The translations under genes and the position numbers were made by a program. DNA of 63,976 nucleotides, counting the filler, from Craspedostauros australis (lineage: Eukaryota): the NCBI GenBank assembly GCA_030167865.1. It is 12 parts of 12 records of this genome, joined end to end, with 100 filler letters (N's around TTAATTAATTAA, not from the genome) between each part and the next. Parts side by side here need not be neighbours in the genome. Positions count along the whole stretch, not along the records: positions 18,891 to 47,115 come from JALAGF010001112.1; 11 more parts are not named here. One strand, 5' to 3'. Below, piece by piece: positions 24,139 to 34,650 of this stretch (positions within the stretch are counted from its first letter, which is position 1; every line of letters begins with the position of its first letter). Below the pieces are notes generated by a model that was given only the letters and a program-made list of their open reading frames with translations, was not told where the DNA came from and did not search any database.

Positions 24139-25176
24139 ATGCCTTCTGGAACAGCAGACAACACCGGCGATGCGAAGACAGGAGCCACGCACGCTCTGAT
24201 GCGGGACGATGTGCCCTTAGGCGGAGATGCCGCACAGAAGGACCCCCTCCTGGCATCCGAAGTGGCACCAAGCGCCGCCACGGCATCCACTGTGATGGAC
24301 ATCGCGCCAGAATCGGAGCACACCGCGGGCCTCTCGTCTCAAGCTTTCATGGTGATGGGACTGTCCGTCACCGTGGGGATCGCGATCTTCTTCGTCGCCG
24401 TGGTGATCGCGGTGGAGAGCGTCGTCATCGCTCTCGAGTTCGCGGTCATGCTCATGATACTGACCTACATCCCGGTCGGCATCGGCCATATCCTCCACCT
24501 GCACCAGGACATCGACCGCAACGTCTATCCGCGCTTGACCAACCTTCCCATCTGGAAACTGGTGGAGAATGACAAGATATGCTACGGCTTCCTGGGCGCG
24601 TGCGTCTTCCTCTCCCTTCTGGAGATTGCCGATGACAACTGGAGGACCAGTCCAAACTTCATCTATACCCTCAAGGAGATGCTGCTGGATGCCCTCTGCT
24701 TCGTCAAAGCAACTGCCCTTTTGGTTGTGGTATCGCGCAAGCTCTACCAACTTCTCGTGAGGTGGACTACGATGAGGGAAGGCTCACAACGTCGCGTCCA
24801 TCTCCTCAAGGTGGCCCTCGTTGTGTCTCCGGCTGCGCTCGATCTTCTCATGTACTTCGCCGACGATGGCTACAGATACATTTCCGGCTTCGCAGGACTG
24901 TCGGGATGCTTCATCAACATCTACCTCGTCGCCGCCTTCGTTGCATGCGTGCTCCAGTACTTGATTTGGCTGCGCCATCAGAACATGAGACAAGTCGTGG
25001 CGAGTTGGAAGCGGCAAGTGGCGGACTGCTTCCGCCGTATTCACCAATCCGCGGTCGTCCAAAAGTTCAAGGCCTTGTTGGCATCCATGTTGCAGGCCAA
25101 CGCAGGATCCACCAGCCGCCCACAAAGTCCCACGAGCGCGCCATTGCAAGGCGCTGCGCATGTGGCCGCTGTGTGA
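24139..25176 (+). CDS. Hypothetical multipass membrane protein, 345 aa
   Basis: About six hydrophobic segments, coding-like codon usage, and an adjacent paralog. Confidence 0.75.
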   Translation: MPSGTADNTGDAKTGATHALMRDDVPLGGDAAQKDPLLASEVAPSAATASTVMDIAPESEHTAGLSSQAFMVMGLSVTVGIAIFFVAVVIAVESVVIALEFAVMLMILTYIPVGIGHILHLHQDIDRNVYPRLTNLPIWKLVENDKICYGFLGACVFLSLLEIADDNWRTSPNFIYTLKEMLLDALCFVKATALLVVVSRKLYQLLVRWTTMREGSQRRVHLLKVALVVSPAALDLLMYFADDGYRYISGFAGLSGCFINIYLVAAFVACVLQYLIWLRHQNMRQVVASWKRQVADCFRRIHQSAVVQKFKALLASMLQANAGSTSRPQSPTSAPLQGAAHVAAV

Positions 25177-25849
25177 TCTCTTCCAACAAACGGGCATCGA
25201 CGGCGCCTTGCGTTGGTTGGAAGATTTGGTGGATGGGAAGGCTTCTCGGTCTGACCCGGCGGATAGAGCAACACGAGGAGTAAGCAGAAATACATACGAA
25301 CAGTACATGTTGACAACCAAGACTGAATGTTGTCTTGTGTATTGGAAGCACTCTGTGGGCGTTCCCCTTCTCGGCAATTGTTCCTAGTTTTGTTGTTGCT
25401 GATCGGGCTGTGGTGGTTGGCCCTCGGGAAGGATGATGTTGCGGACATATGCCTTCTTCTCGCTTCCTGCGCAACCTTGGCAGGCGTCTCTCCCGAACGA
25501 ACGAAGGAGAGAACGGTGCAGGAGTATCCTCGTTGACCGCGCAGTGGCACGGTGGGGATACGGCCCAGACCCAGATTTCACGGGCCGGAGAGATGGCGTC
25601 AATCTCCTCCAGAAAACGAAGACGCGAACGTCTGCGAAAAAGATCCTGCCGCCACACAAGAGTATTGGCACTCGTGCTCTGCCTGGCCAAGAAGCTTGCT
25701 CCACATACAGATAACGTATTATGCTCTGCATGGAGGACATGTGCATAATTTCATTTCCAGCAGTGAGCAGAAGAGTCACATCCGATCCGACTTGACGCCG
25801 ACGCACACGCACATTGCGATGTAACAACAGAAGCTATCGTGCACAACTA

Positions 25850-26627
25850 TGATACCGCGCGATGGTATTTTAAACAACAGACAACAGCGGCGATGGGAGT
25901 CATGCACGCTCTCATGTGCCAGCGGGCGAAGACATCCCACAACGGGACCCCCTCCTGACATCCGAAGTGGCACGAAGCAATGCAATCCGAAGAAGAGCAC
26001 ACCGCGGGCATCTCATCGCAGGACTCGTGATCGCTGTGGGCGCCGCGATCTTCTTCATTTCGATCGTGTTGCAGAACGCGCTCGTTGCTCTTGAGGTTCT
26101 GCGCTTGGTCGTGATTCTGGTCTACATCCCGTTCAGCACCGCTACGCTTCAACAATCTTCTCGTCTGGAGGTAGTTGGAGACTCACAAGATTTGCTTCGG
26201 ATTCCTTGGTGCCTGCCTCATTATCTCCCTGGTGGAGATCATCTATGAGACATCGAGGACAAAATCATTCTTGTTCTACCGCGGCAGGAGCACACTACTG
26301 GATGGCGCCATCTTCTTCAAGGCAACGGCCCTCATGATTGTCGCCTCTCGGAGGCTCCATCGGCTTGTCGCGAGGTGGACTACGATGAGGGAAGGATCAC
26401 AACGACGCATCCATCTCCTCAAGGTGGCCTTCGTCGTGTTTCCCGCTCCGTTCGATCTCTTCATCTCCTACATCGACGACGAGCAAGGACAGATACAATT
26501 GTACGCAGCATTGTCCGGATTCGTCATCAACTTGGATCTCATCTCCATATTCCTTTCGAAATACGTGAACTGCATTCTCTACATCGTATGGCTGGGTAAT
26601 CGCGACCTGGTCGTCCTGTTGGGATGA
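25850..26627 (+). pseudogene. Frameshifted tandem paralog of the 24139-25176 gene
   Basis: Shared blocks RDPLL.SEVA, AVG.AIFF, KIC[YF]GFLGAC, LLD...F.KATAL and RWTTMREGSQRR.HLLKVA, split across two frames with internal deletions. Confidence 0.8.
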
Positions 26628-27117
26628 TGCAATACATTCTTTTGTCGGGTGGACATTGGTAGTGATATACGTACAATGCGTAAGTTGAAATATGCGACTG
26701 AGGAGGAGGAGTTACATCAAGAATAGAATCGTCCGATCTGCTTCAGCAGAGAGTGTGATGCGGGGCAGCAAGCACGCAAACAAACAATGCGATGGTATTG
26801 CCATTCCGCACTGCCACGCATCGTTGATGTATATCTAGTTCAATACACGTAGACTGACATCCTTGGTTCTCGTTCCAGTCCATCGAGTCGATCAATCAAC
26901 AACCAAACCCGAAAAGTGGAATTGCGTCACAACGCGCGATGAGCCATCAACACGTTCAAAGACACGCAAACCGAGGCTATGATCGTTGTATAGCAAAGAC
27001 GGATGACAGCAGCCAAGTGAGCACAAGCATAGCACCATACCACCATACCATACTATACGATACATCCTACAAGTACCATACGAGGACTCTGTCACAATAC
27101 CATACACTAGCCCCACC

Positions 27118-29196
27118 ATGAACGAACGCAAGCAACGGCTGACACCGCGGCAATCGCAGGCGCAGGAGGCGCGCAATCGTAGCAACCAGCGTCGGCATGC
27201 GACGACAGTGGCAATCCGGAAGCAGAAGAAGTCAGAGTATCTCGCGCGCAAGCGGGGATTGAAGACGTTGGAGACGGCAGCTGCGTCGCAGGATCAGGCA
27301 TCCGCGGATTGCGCCAACAGGCTGTCGCAGTACATCGCCGCACCGAATGATGCGAGTTTGGCGAGTCTGTACGAAGCTACGTCGAAGCTCAGTGCTGCGA
27401 ACTCCGCCATCAATGATCGGTCTGCAACATCAGTGCGGCCTCAGGCAGCCAACCCTCTCGTGTTTGAGGACGATGATCAGAGGATCCTTGACGGCCAGAA
27501 GTTGATCGCCGTCCTCAAATCACATCTGCAGAGCGTGGCTGTCCAAATGGGGCCATCGCTGCAAGGCGCTGCTCCGGCTCCCGCGACCGCGCAGAAGCAG
27601 GTCAGGACGATTCTGCAGTTGCTGGTTCTGCTCAGTTCCATGCCAAATCGCAATTCATCGACAAGCACGGGGTATTATGGAAAGACGCCAACCACATGGT
27701 GCACGTTGATTGCTGGCGAGCACCACAGCACTTCGGCCGCTGCATCTGTTGTCACGAGCAGCGCACCAACAGCACCACCGCTCATCGTCGCGCTACGCGA
27801 TTTATTGCAGCATATTCATACGCAGAGCAATACGGCCGGTGGTGTGCAGTCGCTGGATGATAAATGCGCGATGGCAGATTCCATCTGTATGGTGTTCGGC
27901 AACTTGGCGGGTGATGATGGCGAGGTGGCGCGCAATGCCATGAAGCAGGCTCGAATATCCTTCACGCTCACGCAAATACTCAGGCAATTCGCTACCTCCC
28001 TCAATGCAAATCATGCTGTTGCTACACCGAATCAACCCAACCAGATAGGAGAGATTCGCGTTGCGTCCACTGCCGCATGGGCGCTCACCAACCTGGTGCG
28101 CAACGATCCAACAGCATTTGCACGTGATTACTGCTCCGAGGAACTGCTATCGGCATCATTGCTCAAGGTCCTTGTGGAACAACCCCACGACATAGCGCTG
28201 TCCACGCAAAGCGCATGGATTATCGCGTCCGTCACGAGCCGCGAGGAAGACGTCGTCAACTATCTCTGCAAGCACGATGCTGCCTTCTGCCCCACGCTCG
28301 CGCAGGCTCTTGGACGGAGGCTCGCAATGACCGATGTCCATGTCCAGCAAGTACTGCCGCTGATCCAAAGTATCGGTCACATCGCGTCCTTCGAGGAGTA
28401 CATAACGCCATTGCTGACGAGCACGTCGCTGATCGATACCATGCTCAAACTGTTCGAAAGGATGATGGCGTCGGAGTACGGCTTTTTGGAATCCCTGCCA
28501 TCATCATGGTCACGCAGCGACGTCACTCAGCTTCTCGTTCATCTGTCCTGGCTCTGCGGATGCTTGCTGCTGGATGCGCGCAAGGTCGGACACGCCTCCA
28601 CGAACGTGGCATTCCCCAAGCTCGCGCCGCCGCTCTTCGACATGTTCATCCGCTATCAAAACAACGGGCTGGTGTTGGAAGAGATGTCCGCCATCTTGCG
28701 GGCGCTCTGGAATGCCTGGGATATCCCGCCGTTCGATCCGAACTATCCGCAGCTACTGCATTTGCAGGAATGCCCCTGCAGGAACGGATTAATTGACCTC
28801 CTTCCCTGCCTCGTCGATCTCATCGCACCGTTGCTGCGCAGCGACATGGATTCCTTGATGAAGGTCCTGCTCTTCATGGACATGACGCTGCGCAACTCCG
28901 ACTCTATCACCTATTTGCGACAGCACCTCGAGGAGCTGCAGATCGTGGAAAAATTGGAGATGATTTGCGACGACCACGTGATCCCGAACAACATTTCGGA
29001 GATCGCTGCCAACCTTCTCGATGATTTCTTTGACGGCAACGACTACGAGGAGGATGACATCCATCTCATGCCAGAATCGACATCGAACGGCGAGACGTTT
29101 GCATTCGGGTTGGACTCGTCGTCGACGCCCTTGACGTTCGGTGGCATGGGCCGTGGGCGCGGAGCTGTGATGCCGTCGTGGATGTCGCAGAGTTAA
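27118..29196 (+). CDS. Divergent importin-alpha-like/TMCO6-like ARM-repeat protein with an IBB-like N-terminus, 692 aa
   Basis: RRHATTVAIRKQKKSEYLARKR (IBB-like); ARM signatures FGNLAGD, AWALTNL and SAWIIASV; C-terminal AANLLDDFF..FAFG. Confidence 0.75.
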   Translation: MNERKQRLTPRQSQAQEARNRSNQRRHATTVAIRKQKKSEYLARKRGLKTLETAAASQDQASADCANRLSQYIAAPNDASLASLYEATSKLSAANSAINDRSATSVRPQAANPLVFEDDDQRILDGQKLIAVLKSHLQSVAVQMGPSLQGAAPAPATAQKQVRTILQLLVLLSSMPNRNSSTSTGYYGKTPTTWCTLIAGEHHSTSAAASVVTSSAPTAPPLIVALRDLLQHIHTQSNTAGGVQSLDDKCAMADSICMVFGNLAGDDGEVARNAMKQARISFTLTQILRQFATSLNANHAVATPNQPNQIGEIRVASTAAWALTNLVRNDPTAFARDYCSEELLSASLLKVLVEQPHDIALSTQSAWIIASVTSREEDVVNYLCKHDAAFCPTLAQALGRRLAMTDVHVQQVLPLIQSIGHIASFEEYITPLLTSTSLIDTMLKLFERMMASEYGFLESLPSSWSRSDVTQLLVHLSWLCGCLLLDARKVGHASTNVAFPKLAPPLFDMFIRYQNNGLVLEEMSAILRALWNAWDIPPFDPNYPQLLHLQECPCRNGLIDLLPCLVDLIAPLLRSDMDSLMKVLLFMDMTLRNSDSITYLRQHLEELQIVEKLEMICDDHVIPNNISEIAANLLDDFFDGNDYEEDDIHLMPESTSNGETFAFGLDSSSTPLTFGGMGRGRGAVMPSWMSQS

Positions 29197-29417
29197 GATG
29201 GACTGCAGCCGAATTAGGGAAAATGCAGTCGATGGAGTGTTGAAACAGGCATCTATGTACGTACGTACCAGTACTGTGTGAAAGTAATGAAGAATTCCAA
29301 GTTTCGCCCTGCAGGAGGCAAAAGAATATTTTGCACTTTGTGAAACATTGCAGTAGCGCCTGTCCAGTATTGTCGCATTCTGTTTTAGCTTAGTGGATAC
29401 TCATGGCTTCTGTGGAC

Positions 29418-31526
29418 TCATAGTATTCTCGAACTGTCTTCTTCTCGGAATTCGTCGGCAAATAGGATCTTGATTGCCACGTAAAAGACGAACAGTCCAA
29501 ACGTCGCCACCAATAGATAGATCTGTTCTGATGTGACGCCAGATTCCGCCTGGATCAAATCCGCAATGTACCCCAACTCATTATTCAAGTGCGAATCATC
29601 CTGCAATCTCCGTTCTCGCTTGCGCACGTGCTCCGGATCCATCTCATCAAAGATGGAGACGATGAATTTGCCATCTACATTGACTGTCATGCCAATTTGG
29701 ACCGAACGCGGATGTTTGTGTTGTGCATCCAACCGATGCAGCAAGAAGGTGAATTCCCCCATGGATTCCAACACGGGATCGCCGGTCGTATCGTCCTCGC
29801 CGATGCGTTCCACGGCCGCGACGGTGACACCGGGTTGGCCGGCGCTCGCCAGGACGAAGGAAGCGCTGCCTTGCGCTGGCAGCGGCGTGTTCTTGGGCAG
29901 CACTTCGATGAAATTGCCATTTGCGGTTTCGACTCCGATCGCATGCGGGATGCAATCCAGCATGAGGGCGGACAAGAGTTCGTGCTTGGGCACTGCATTG
30001 GATAGGAAGGCTGCCTGAATGGCCAAGCCTTGCGCCACGCTGCCCATGGGGTTGAGGGATATGCAGAGTTCAATGTCGGGGAAGAGATGCTGCATCATGT
30101 GGCGGATGGCAGGGACGCGCGTGGAACCGCCGACCAGTACGACTTCCGAGATCCGTTTGGCGTTTTCCTCGTTGGCTGTCGTGGCGGATGGCATTTGATC
30201 CAATGCCTGCCGAACCACCTTGCGCGCTTTGTCCAACCATGGTTTGAGGATTGCGCTGAGGTCATCCTGCGTGATTTCCACGTCGTGTTGATCCAGCACG
30301 CGGATGGTTTCAGACTTGCTGGGTGGTGCGTTGTTGTCGCCGCACAGAGCTTCTTTTGCTTTACGACACGCCTGCATCAAGGTCTCATGCTGTTGATGGG
30401 AGAGATCGGATCTGGATTGGATCGCATCGATCTTGGCAATGCAGAACTGTGCCATCGCCTCGTCCATGTCGTCTCCGCCCAAGTGGGAATCACCCGTCGT
30501 CACGACGACGCGGTAGTCCGAATTCGATTCACCATCATCCATGGTTGTTGTTGTGGACATGTTGGATGCTCTTTGTGCTATCGTGACATCTGTTGTGCCT
30601 CCGCCAACGTCCATGACGAGAATCGTCTGATGTGATATGGCGTCCGAAGCATTGCCATTTCCACCTCCATTGCGGCTGTCGGCCTGCATACTCGCCGCGA
30701 CCTGTTTCGAGAGAGTGCCCATCCCCGTCGCCGTCGAACTGTACGCCAACCCATACGCCATCGCTGCTGCCGAAGACTCCACCATGGTATGGACGGTTTG
30801 AAAGCCAGCCGTCTTGGCTGCCGTTTCGATGAGCTTGCGCTGATGATGATTGAACTGCGCCGGGATGCCGATGACCGCGTTGAGCACTTCCAGTTCGTCG
30901 TCCGACGCAGGCACCGACAGATGTTTCTTCGCGGCGTTGCGACGCAGGTAGTAGTCGGCCTCCTGGCGTATCGCTGTGAGTTGGATGGCCAGCAGCTGCG
31001 CGGGCATGTAGCACTGATCACCAACCTGGATCTGGACATCCTCCAAGTCATCTTGCGAACGAATCGCGAATGGAAGGGACTGCACCAATGCAGCATCCAG
31101 TTCGCATTCTCGTTTTCCCAGCACGCGCTTGACGCTTCGAATGAGCGGCGGCATGCTTCGCTCTTTGTTCGCCTGCTGCAGAAGCCTCTCATGATGTTCG
31201 TGGGCAGCCTGTCCCACGAATGCTCGTTTGCGATTGCCAGGTGGCGGCAGGATCGATGACACATCGTAGCATCCTCCTGTCTCCTCACCGTCGCCAATCT
31301 CGTCACCATCACTGTCACCAGATGCAATCCACACGGAGGAAGGCACCGTCCTGCCCAGCTTGCCGTTGATCTGCGCAGCGATGGATCTGCATCGCATCCA
31401 CTTGGCACCACCGCGATTGGAATCGTAGACGGCACATGCGCAATTCGAAGTTCCCAGATCGATGCCGATCCAGACTCCGGGAATCGGTTCCTTCTCTTTG
31501 CTGCTGTTATCAGTGGATGGGTTCAT
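29418..31526 (-). CDS. Atypical Hsp70-family protein with a C-terminal transmembrane segment (~702 aa from MNPSTD)
   Basis: GIDLGTSNC, DVGGGTTDV, HLGGDDMD, VVLVGGSTRVP and SBD-beta PHAIGVET..LPKNTPLP; ends IYLLVATFGLFVFYVAIKILF. Confidence 0.9.
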   Translation of the reverse strand: MNPSTDNSSKEKEPIPGVWIGIDLGTSNCACAVYDSNRGGAKWMRCRSIAAQINGKLGRTVPSSVWIASGDSDGDEIGDGEETGGCYDVSSILPPPGNRKRAFVGQAAHEHHERLLQQANKERSMPPLIRSVKRVLGKRECELDAALVQSLPFAIRSQDDLEDVQIQVGDQCYMPAQLLAIQLTAIRQEADYYLRRNAAKKHLSVPASDDELEVLNAVIGIPAQFNHHQRKLIETAAKTAGFQTVHTMVESSAAAMAYGLAYSSTATGMGTLSKQVAASMQADSRNGGGNGNASDAISHQTILVMDVGGGTTDVTIAQRASNMSTTTTMDDGESNSDYRVVVTTGDSHLGGDDMDEAMAQFCIAKIDAIQSRSDLSHQQHETLMQACRKAKEALCGDNNAPPSKSETIRVLDQHDVEITQDDLSAILKPWLDKARKVVRQALDQMPSATTANEENAKRISEVVLVGGSTRVPAIRHMMQHLFPDIELCISLNPMGSVAQGLAIQAAFLSNAVPKHELLSALMLDCIPHAIGVETANGNFIEVLPKNTPLPAQGSASFVLASAGQPGVTVAAVERIGEDDTTGDPVLESMGEFTFLLHRLDAQHKHPRSVQIGMTVNVDGKFIVSIFDEMDPEHVRKRERRLQDDSHLNNELGYIADLIQAESGVTSEQIYLLVATFGLFVFYVAIKILFADEFREEDSSRIL

Positions 31527-31872
31527 CTTGGTGCACTCGTATTTGGAGCGGACATCCGTGTTGTGTTGGGCAGCCTTCCTGATTTGTGAACATCGAGGAG
31601 TCGAATGCATGAGTGTGCGTTCGTGTGTTGTGAGAACGTGTTGTGTGGGCACAACCATCTTTCCTGTTCGAAGCACTTCTTTCGTTTTTCTGTCCAGACT
31701 TTGTGATTGGAAAACAAACGTTTGAATCGAAGTGGTCAACCTCGCTCAGCTGAGTCACAAGGGTCGTGACTCAATACATGGTCCGTGCCAACCAAGAGAG
31801 GTTTCTCACATCACGGAACTTTGACAAAATTGAAAATGTGACGCACAGGTCACAAAAAGAGAATGTCTCAGA

Positions 31873-33836
31873 ATGGCGCCTTTCTTTCGCCACAACACCA
31901 CAATGCGCAGTTGGCTGCCGCTGCTCATGGCCATGGCATTGCTGTCGTCAACACAAGAGACACAAAGACCGGTTCATGCCAGAGCAAGCACTCAGGTTGT
32001 TGCATTTGCGATCATCCCAAGGCATGTCGGTCGTTTGGATCGATTTGGTGGAACAGATATGCAGAGAAGTGATAGTTGGCGCAACAGCCACAGAAGGTTG
32101 CTGAGTCGACAAGCGCCTGCAAACGGTGATGTTGGTGGAGATGACGAGACCGGGAACAGTGGCGTTGATGTCACGTCCATCGACCAACGCAATGTTCAAA
32201 GCGAGGCGTTAAATGGCGTTGCGTCAACCGCGGCCAATAGTCCGGCGGACAGCACAGCCGCTTGTAAGGGAGAGATATCCAGGGCGAAATGGATGATGAC
32301 ACTGATCATACCGCTGTGGCTGGTCTTCCTGTCCAATCAGTGGTCCAGGCATCTGCTGGGATACCTGGTGGACTTCAGTCCCAACGCCAACAACGCCATG
32401 AACGTGGAAATCGGCTTCACCAAGTCGCAGTACTCCGTCCTGGCCTCCGTCACCTTCACCGCCCTCTACTCACTGGCATCCTTGGGCGGAGGCGCCATGG
32501 CGGACTTTGTCAGCCGCAAATTCCTCACCGTCGCATCGGCCGTGGGCTGGAGCGTGGCCACGTTGGGCACCTCTCTGGCCACGACGTATCAATCCTTGGT
32601 CTTCTGGCGTTTGTTCATGGGCCTCACATGCGCCTTCGCCGCACCGACCGCGTACACCATGATCAATCAGAACGTGCCGCCACATTGTGTGTCATTGGCC
32701 AGCAGCCTGTACGGCACGGGCGTCGTCTTTGGCACCGCGGTGGCGTCGTTGTCGATCCTTCTCGATAAGTCATATGGGTGGCGCACGACGACGCAGATCG
32801 TGGCGGCATTTGGATTTGCGTCGGCCCTCATCGCGTCGGTTATGGTGCGGGACGATGCGCAGGAACAACAGAAACAACAACAACAACAACAATTGACAAC
32901 AGAGACAGTCAAGCCTGTGTCGTTCCAGTTCGTCGACAACTTTCGCAAGGTCCTTTCGATCAGTCGAGTGCGATGGATCTTGGCGGCTGCTTTGTTTCGA
33001 TTTTCGGCGGGATTGTGTATTGGAGTGAGTGTTGGGGTGGTCGTTTCGTGTGTCGCAGCGATACGGGGTAGTCCATCGTTGCATGGCCAGAGCGACGGCT
33101 CATCCATTCATGTTTTCACGTGTAGACGCATGTGCGTGCATGCATTCATTCGACGTGCTTGTCACTCTGTTCTACAAGCATATTTTCTCACACCAAGCCA
33201 CACCATACCATACCACATCATCACAACCCTCTTCTATTCCATTCCATTCCATACTTCTTCCTTGATTCACTCCAGATCTGGTCGCCACCCTACTTCCGGT
33301 TAGCGTTCCCTGACCAAGTTTCCAACTACGCCATCATCCAAGCCGCCATCACGGCCATCGCGGGATCCCTCAGCGGCATCATCGGTGGCACCATCGCCGA
33401 TCGTTTGGCATCCTCCCAACCCGGCGACCCCAACGGCCAACGTCTGCTCGTACCGTTCGTGGGCAGCTGCTTGGCCGCACCTCTTTGGTGGCTCGTCCTG
33501 CAGTACCGCACCAACTTCGGCGCCGCCATGATATTCCTCGCGATGGAGTACCTCGTGGCCGAATGCTGGTTCGGACCCACGATCAGCGCGTTGCAGACGA
33601 CGGTGGGACGCAAGATCGGCGGCGCGGCGCAGGGGTGCTTCGCGTTGACGGCGGCGTTGGCCAATTTCGCGCCGGCCTTGTTGGGATACAGCCAGCGCGC
33701 CGTGGATCTGTCGCATCTGTTGGCCGGCGGCGTGGGGATATGTTACGCGTTGAGCGCAGCGTGTTTCTACATGGCGTCGCGCGAGGCGGCTGGCGTGGTG
33801 AAAAGGCGCAAGCTCTTTGCGGCGGTATCAGGATAA
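31873..33836 (+). CDS. Major facilitator superfamily transporter (spinster-like); exons 31873-33024 and 33276-33836
   Basis: Motif A GAMADFVSRK, WRLFMGL and YGWR. The intron GTGAGT(33025)...CTCCAG(33275) joins LCIG|IWSPPYF. Second half has GGTIADRL. An N-terminal signal-like segment is present. Confidence 0.9.
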
Positions 33837-33928
33837 TCAACGGTGCCATGCCATGCAAGTACAGAGTGGTGGACACACAGTATTGTGCAAAGCGAGTAAC
33901 TATGATCTCGGAGCATGTAATCTATTAT

Positions 33929-34628
33929 CCCTTCATGACCTAGACGATATAATATATCGTTTTCAGTTTCAGTTGTTTTTATTTTTGACGATAACATCTA
34001 CATGTGCAATACCATTTTCTTTGCATTTTTAGAAAGCTGTTGAGCACAGCTTTCCAATGATTATGTTTAAGTTTTATGTTTCTTACTGCCATCTTATCAC
34101 TAATCAAGCCTGAAGTACCCGTGAATTAATTTTGGACTGCGGGACTGGAGTGAAATTGCTCAGTGACACGCGGATTGTGGGCGACACACATCCGGAGGCT
34201 ATCGTATCCAAGAACGAAGAGAGGGATGAGCAGAACTCAACCATCTTTGGGTGAGGAAAGGTTCATGGGCATGTATGAAGACCACAGACAGGTAATCGAC
34301 GAGGACGGAACGCAACGACGTTGCCGATAGTGCTGCTACTTGAAGGCCACAAACAAAAATACTGGCGTAGACAGAAGCACTCCAAAGAGGTTCAAACAGA
34401 TCTGCACCTTATGCAGATTCCATATCTGCAAAGAACATTGGGGTATCTACCATGGAAGATGTTGAAGTAGGCTACAACATAATTTCGGTGGCTTCCAACG
34501 ATAGCGCTAGTAAACGATGGTACAGATTTAGTCTTCACGTAGGCCGTGGTAGGAAAAACGCGTTCAAAATTTAACACGGTGTCGAGATAAACGACATACT
34601 GGTGCACTTATCTCTGGGTCATGAAGGG
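33929..34628 (+). mobile_element. Complete 700-bp non-autonomous piggyBac-like element (MITE)
   Basis: TIRs CCCTTCATGACCTAGA (33929-33944) and TCTGGGTCATGAAGGG (34613-34628) match at 15/16. Flanked by AT on both sides. It shares the subterminal motif with 1-240, is relatively AT-rich, and lies between convergent genes. Confidence 0.85.
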
Positions 34629-34650
34629 ATAGAACCTTCTCCCATCACGC

